From assembly GCA_028280205.1 (NCBI GenBank), contig JANQME010000083.1:1-34246 (forward strand): 34,246 nucleotides of DNA, written 5' to 3'. Made by a program: the position numbers and the translations under genes. Shown one piece after another: positions 31,617 to 34,246 of the stretch (position 1 is its first letter; each line of letters begins with the position of its first letter). Below the pieces are notes generated by a model. That model made no database searches. It saw only the letters and a program-made list of their open reading frames with translations, and was not told the origin of the DNA. This DNA comes from Longimicrobiales bacterium. Lineage in GTDB: Bacteria; Gemmatimonadota; Gemmatimonadetes; Longimicrobiales; Gaopeijiaceae.

Positions 31617-33746
31617 CTAACCCGTCGCGACCCCCGGTGCTCCGGTCGCCCGCCTCGAAACCCAGTTCGAGATCGCGGTCTCAAGCACGAAGAGGGCGAG
31701 TGCGCCCAGGAGGAGCCACCGCCACAGCGCCTGCCGGCGCTCCTGGTCCTCCCGCCGCAGATCCACCGCTTCGGCCAGCCGCGGGGTGCCGTCGTCGACC
31801 ACGCCGGGGGCCTCGATCTGCAGGGCGAGCTCGGCCGCGTCGATGCGTGCGAGGTCCGACTCCTCGAGGTCGACGTTGACCGCCATCACGAACGGCCGCT
31901 CCGGATCGGATCCCGGCGGACGCACCGTGTAGAAGCCGTGCTCCTCGAGCGGGAGGTAGCGTGGACCCTGCCCGGCGGGCAGCCGCGTGCTCCCGCCGCC
32001 CGGCGCGAGTGCCACCTGATCCAGCCCTTCGGCGAGCCCCGCCGCCTCCGACGAGACGAGTCCGGCGGTCTCCAGCGCGTCCGGGTCCGCGAGGTCGACG
32101 ACCTGCCCCGTGACGAACCACGGCACCGGCTCCGCGCGGCCCCCGAGGTACTCGGCAAGCCGGTGCACGAGCGGCAGGTAGACCGGCTGCAGTGCCAGGT
32201 CGTTCCAGTACGCGTCGAGCGCCGAGGTCCACACGAGAACCCGGCCGCGGCCCAAGCGTGACTCCACGAGGGCCGGCGAGCCGTCGTCGAAGCGGGCGAG
32301 CACGGTGGCGGAGTCGGTCGGCTCGATTCCCCGGGCACGGTAGAAGCGCGCCCCGGTGAAGTCGCCGCTGCGCGGTCCGGCGAAGACCTCGAAGATCGGG
32401 TGCTCGTAGTCGAGGTGGCCCAGGCGGCCTCCCCGGCCCTGGATGCGGTCCTCCACCGCACCGACGGTCACCGGAAGCATATCCGCGGCCGACGCGGGCC
32501 AGCCTCCGTTCTCGCCGAGCGCCACGAGGATGCCGCCCCCGGCCTCGACGAAGGCGCGCAGACGCTCGGCGGAGCCCCCGTCGATCTGCACGTCGTTGAG
32601 GAATACGGCGCGCACACCCTCGAGGTCGACTGGGCGGATCGTGCTCGAACGGCGGTTGCGGACCCGGAAGCGTCCGTCGTCCGAGATGCCCAGCGCGCCC
32701 CGCAGGTAGAGACTCGCGTCGGACGCCGACCGGGCGCCCTCGGCGACGAGGACGCCGAGCGATGTCCCGGGTGAGAGAACGAAGTGGTGGGTGTTGTCGG
32801 GCGAGAGGTCGTCGCTCGGCAGGCGCACGGTGCCCATGGTGTGCGGCTGGGAGAGCGTGAAGGGCTGGAAGGCCACCGAGGTTGCCGCGTCCGGCTCGAG
32901 CGGCACGGAGCGGGTCTGGATCTCCTGTCCGTCGAGGTCGAGGGCCACGGTGACCTCGCGTGTCCGCGTCCCCCCGCGGCGCACGATCCGGGCGGTGGGC
33001 GTTATGCGCTCGCGCCCGGCGACGATCTGGCGTGGCAGCGAGACGTCGGTGACCATCACGTTGTCGACGGGCCCCTCGTCGGAGAGCGCCACGGGAACGA
33101 CGCGAGATCCGGGAGGAAGATGCACGCCCTCGTCTCCACTCCAGCCGGTGCGCTGGAAGTCGCTCATCAGGTAGACCTCGCCCGACGGGAGCGTGGACTC
33201 CTCGAGGATGGTCTGGGCCACCTTCAGCGCCGGCCCGAAACGGGTGGCGCTGGAGGTGACGGAGATCGTATCCAGGGCGGCGCGCAGGCGGGTCCGGTCC
33301 GAGGTCGAGCGCGCCGCCACCGTGGCTCCGCGCGCGAACGTGACGAGCGAGGCCCGGTCCAGCGGCCCCAGTCCGTCGAAGATCCGCTGCGCCTCGTCAC
33401 GGGCCCGGTCCAATTGATCCCCGATCTCCATCGAGTACGACTGATCGACGAGGACCACGACCTCGCGTGGTCCGCCGCCCCCGAGCGCACCCAACGAGCT
33501 CTGGTCGAGGAACGGACGCGCGAAGGCGGCCGCGACGAGGATGAGTGCGAGCGCGCGCAGCGAGAGGAGAAACCAGTGCTGGACCCGGCGCCGGCGCTGC
33601 TCCTGGTACGGGATCTTCTCCAGGAACATGAGCGACGGGAAGTGCACGACGTTGCGGCGCTGCCGGCGGGTGAGGTGCACCACGATCGGGACGACGATGC
33701 CGGCGATACCCAGCAGGAAGAGCGGGACGAGGAAGGCCAGGCTCAT
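31617..33746 (-). CDS. BatA-type N-terminal double-TM domain + von Willebrand factor A (VWA) domain protein with C-terminal TM anchor (709 aa)
   Basis: N-terminus MSLAFLVPLFLLGIAGIVVPIVVHLTRRQRRNVVHFPSLMFL...WFLLSLRALALILVAAAFARP matches the aerotolerance-regulator N-terminal / TIGR02226 pattern. VWA domain has an intact MIDAS (VVLVDQSYSM). A GATase1-like segment follows (VRAVFLNDVQIDGGSAERLRAFVEAGGGILVALG), then a terminal TM LWRWLLLGALALFVLETAI. ATG 33746 overlaps the DUF58 stop (ATGA 33743-33746). Confidence 0.8.
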   Translation of the reverse strand: MSLAFLVPLFLLGIAGIVVPIVVHLTRRQRRNVVHFPSLMFLEKIPYQEQRRRRVQHWFLLSLRALALILVAAAFARPFLDQSSLGALGGGGPREVVVLVDQSYSMEIGDQLDRARDEAQRIFDGLGPLDRASLVTFARGATVAARSTSDRTRLRAALDTISVTSSATRFGPALKVAQTILEESTLPSGEVYLMSDFQRTGWSGDEGVHLPPGSRVVPVALSDEGPVDNVMVTDVSLPRQIVAGRERITPTARIVRRGGTRTREVTVALDLDGQEIQTRSVPLEPDAATSVAFQPFTLSQPHTMGTVRLPSDDLSPDNTHHFVLSPGTSLGVLVAEGARSASDASLYLRGALGISDDGRFRVRNRRSSTIRPVDLEGVRAVFLNDVQIDGGSAERLRAFVEAGGGILVALGENGGWPASAADMLPVTVGAVEDRIQGRGGRLGHLDYEHPIFEVFAGPRSGDFTGARFYRARGIEPTDSATVLARFDDGSPALVESRLGRGRVLVWTSALDAYWNDLALQPVYLPLVHRLAEYLGGRAEPVPWFVTGQVVDLADPDALETAGLVSSEAAGLAEGLDQVALAPGGGSTRLPAGQGPRYLPLEEHGFYTVRPPGSDPERPFVMAVNVDLEESDLARIDAAELALQIEAPGVVDDGTPRLAEAVDLRREDQERRQALWRWLLLGALALFVLETAISNWVSRRATGAPGVATG

Positions 33747-34246
33747 CGCGTCTTGCTCAGCTTCTCTCGGGAGAGCAGGTAGCGGAAGAGCGCGTCGTCC
33801 AGCGGCTTCGACGTGTCGAGCAGCGTGTAGTCGATCCGGTTGTCCGTGAAGCCCTTCTCGAGGGCGGTCAGATGCGCGCGCACCATCGCGATGTAGTCGT
33901 CACGCAGCTTACCCGGGATGACCGGGATCTGCTCTCCCGTCTCGAGATCCTCGAAGCCGGACGACTCCTCGAACGGGAACTCCAGCTCGTATGGATCCAG
34001 AACGTGAAAGGCGATCACGTCGTGGCCGCGCGCTCTGAGTGGCCCGACGGCGCGCAGGACGTCCTCCGGCTCCTCGTAGAAGTCGGAGATCAGAACCAGG
34101 ATCCCCTTCCGGCCGAGCAGCTCGGTGATCTTGAGGAGCGGCTCGGCCAGGCTCCCGGGTCGTCCGGCCGACGCCTGGTCGAGTCGGTGAAGGACGGTTT
34201 CGAGGTGCTTCATCGATGGGGGCACGTAGTCGACCACGTCGTGGTC
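33743..34246 (-). CDS. DUF58-domain protein (MoxR-associated, VWA-like), 5' end beyond the window
   Basis: The frame is open to the window edge. ILVLISDFYEEPEDVLRAVGPLRARGHDVIAFHVLDPYELEFPF...DLETGE is the typical DUF58 C-terminal pattern. The position directly upstream of a BatA/VWA gene matches MoxR-DUF58-VWA operons. Confidence 0.75.
   Translation of the reverse strand, partial: DHDVVDYVPPSMKHLETVLHRLDQASAGRPGSLAEPLLKITELLGRKGILVLISDFYEEPEDVLRAVGPLRARGHDVIAFHVLDPYELEFPFEESSGFEDLETGEQIPVIPGKLRDDYIAMVRAHLTALEKGFTDNRIDYTLLDTSKPLDDALFRYLLSREKLSKTR

Noticed and set aside
1-34246. Searched the whole window for mobile elements, a phage-defence or toxin-antitoxin system, restriction-modification genes, nucleases, helicases, reverse transcriptase, and flanking direct repeats
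   Set aside because: No ORF in any frame shows integrase, transposase, nuclease, helicase, RT or methyltransferase motifs that I can recognise. I saw no long direct or terminal inverted repeats. The only candidates for novelty are therefore the conserved-but-uncharacterised modules listed in the findings. This is a by-eye assessment and could miss remote homologues.

Overview
Very GC-rich bacterial chromosomal segment. In the frames I call, third codon positions are almost all G/C. The six-frame track is therefore full of long spurious Arg/Pro/Gly/Ala-rich ORFs on the opposite strand and in shifted frames. I call 22 protein-coding genes, two of them cut by the window edges. I see no rRNA, tRNA, CRISPR array, integrase, transposase or recognisable defence or toxin genes. 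All family calls rest on motif recognition by eye; no database search was run.

Layout, left to right:
- Left (1-6844): feoB (5'-truncated), an MscS-family channel, a GT4 glycosyltransferase (minus strand), then feoA-feoB, with feoB translationally coupled to an alpha/beta hydrolase.
- Middle (6882-19507): three minus-strand bicistrons, each a PadR-family regulator followed by a duplicated FtsX/MacB-type 'orphan' (ADOP-like) permease. The first pair is separated from the other two by a plus-strand, secreted BNR/Asp-box double-propeller protein of 1036 aa.
- Right (19623-34246, all minus strand): a 1016-aa fusion of an APH-type kinase, an M23 peptidase domain and a class-III PLP enzyme. Then two unrecognisable bitopic membrane proteins, ettA (ABC-F) and an ArsR-SRPBCC pair. 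Last is the distal part of a MoxR-type cluster: DUF58 (partial), a BatA_N+VWA protein, and a roughly 1200-aa DUF4175/TIGR02302-like protein with TM helices, coiled coil and Gly/Gln-rich tracts.

The PadR/ADOP expansion plus high GC suggests a Gemmatimonadota- or Acidobacteriota-like organism (inference only).

Most worth a second look:
- The PadR-permease modules: all three have start/stop overlaps, the regulator subtype co-varies with the permease N-terminal prefix subtype, and no ATPase partner is present.
- The kinase-M23-phospholyase fusion.
- The DUF58-VWA-giant protein cluster.
- A set of AT-rich palindromes, which are practically the only AT-rich DNA in the window; each lies upstream of a repressor gene.
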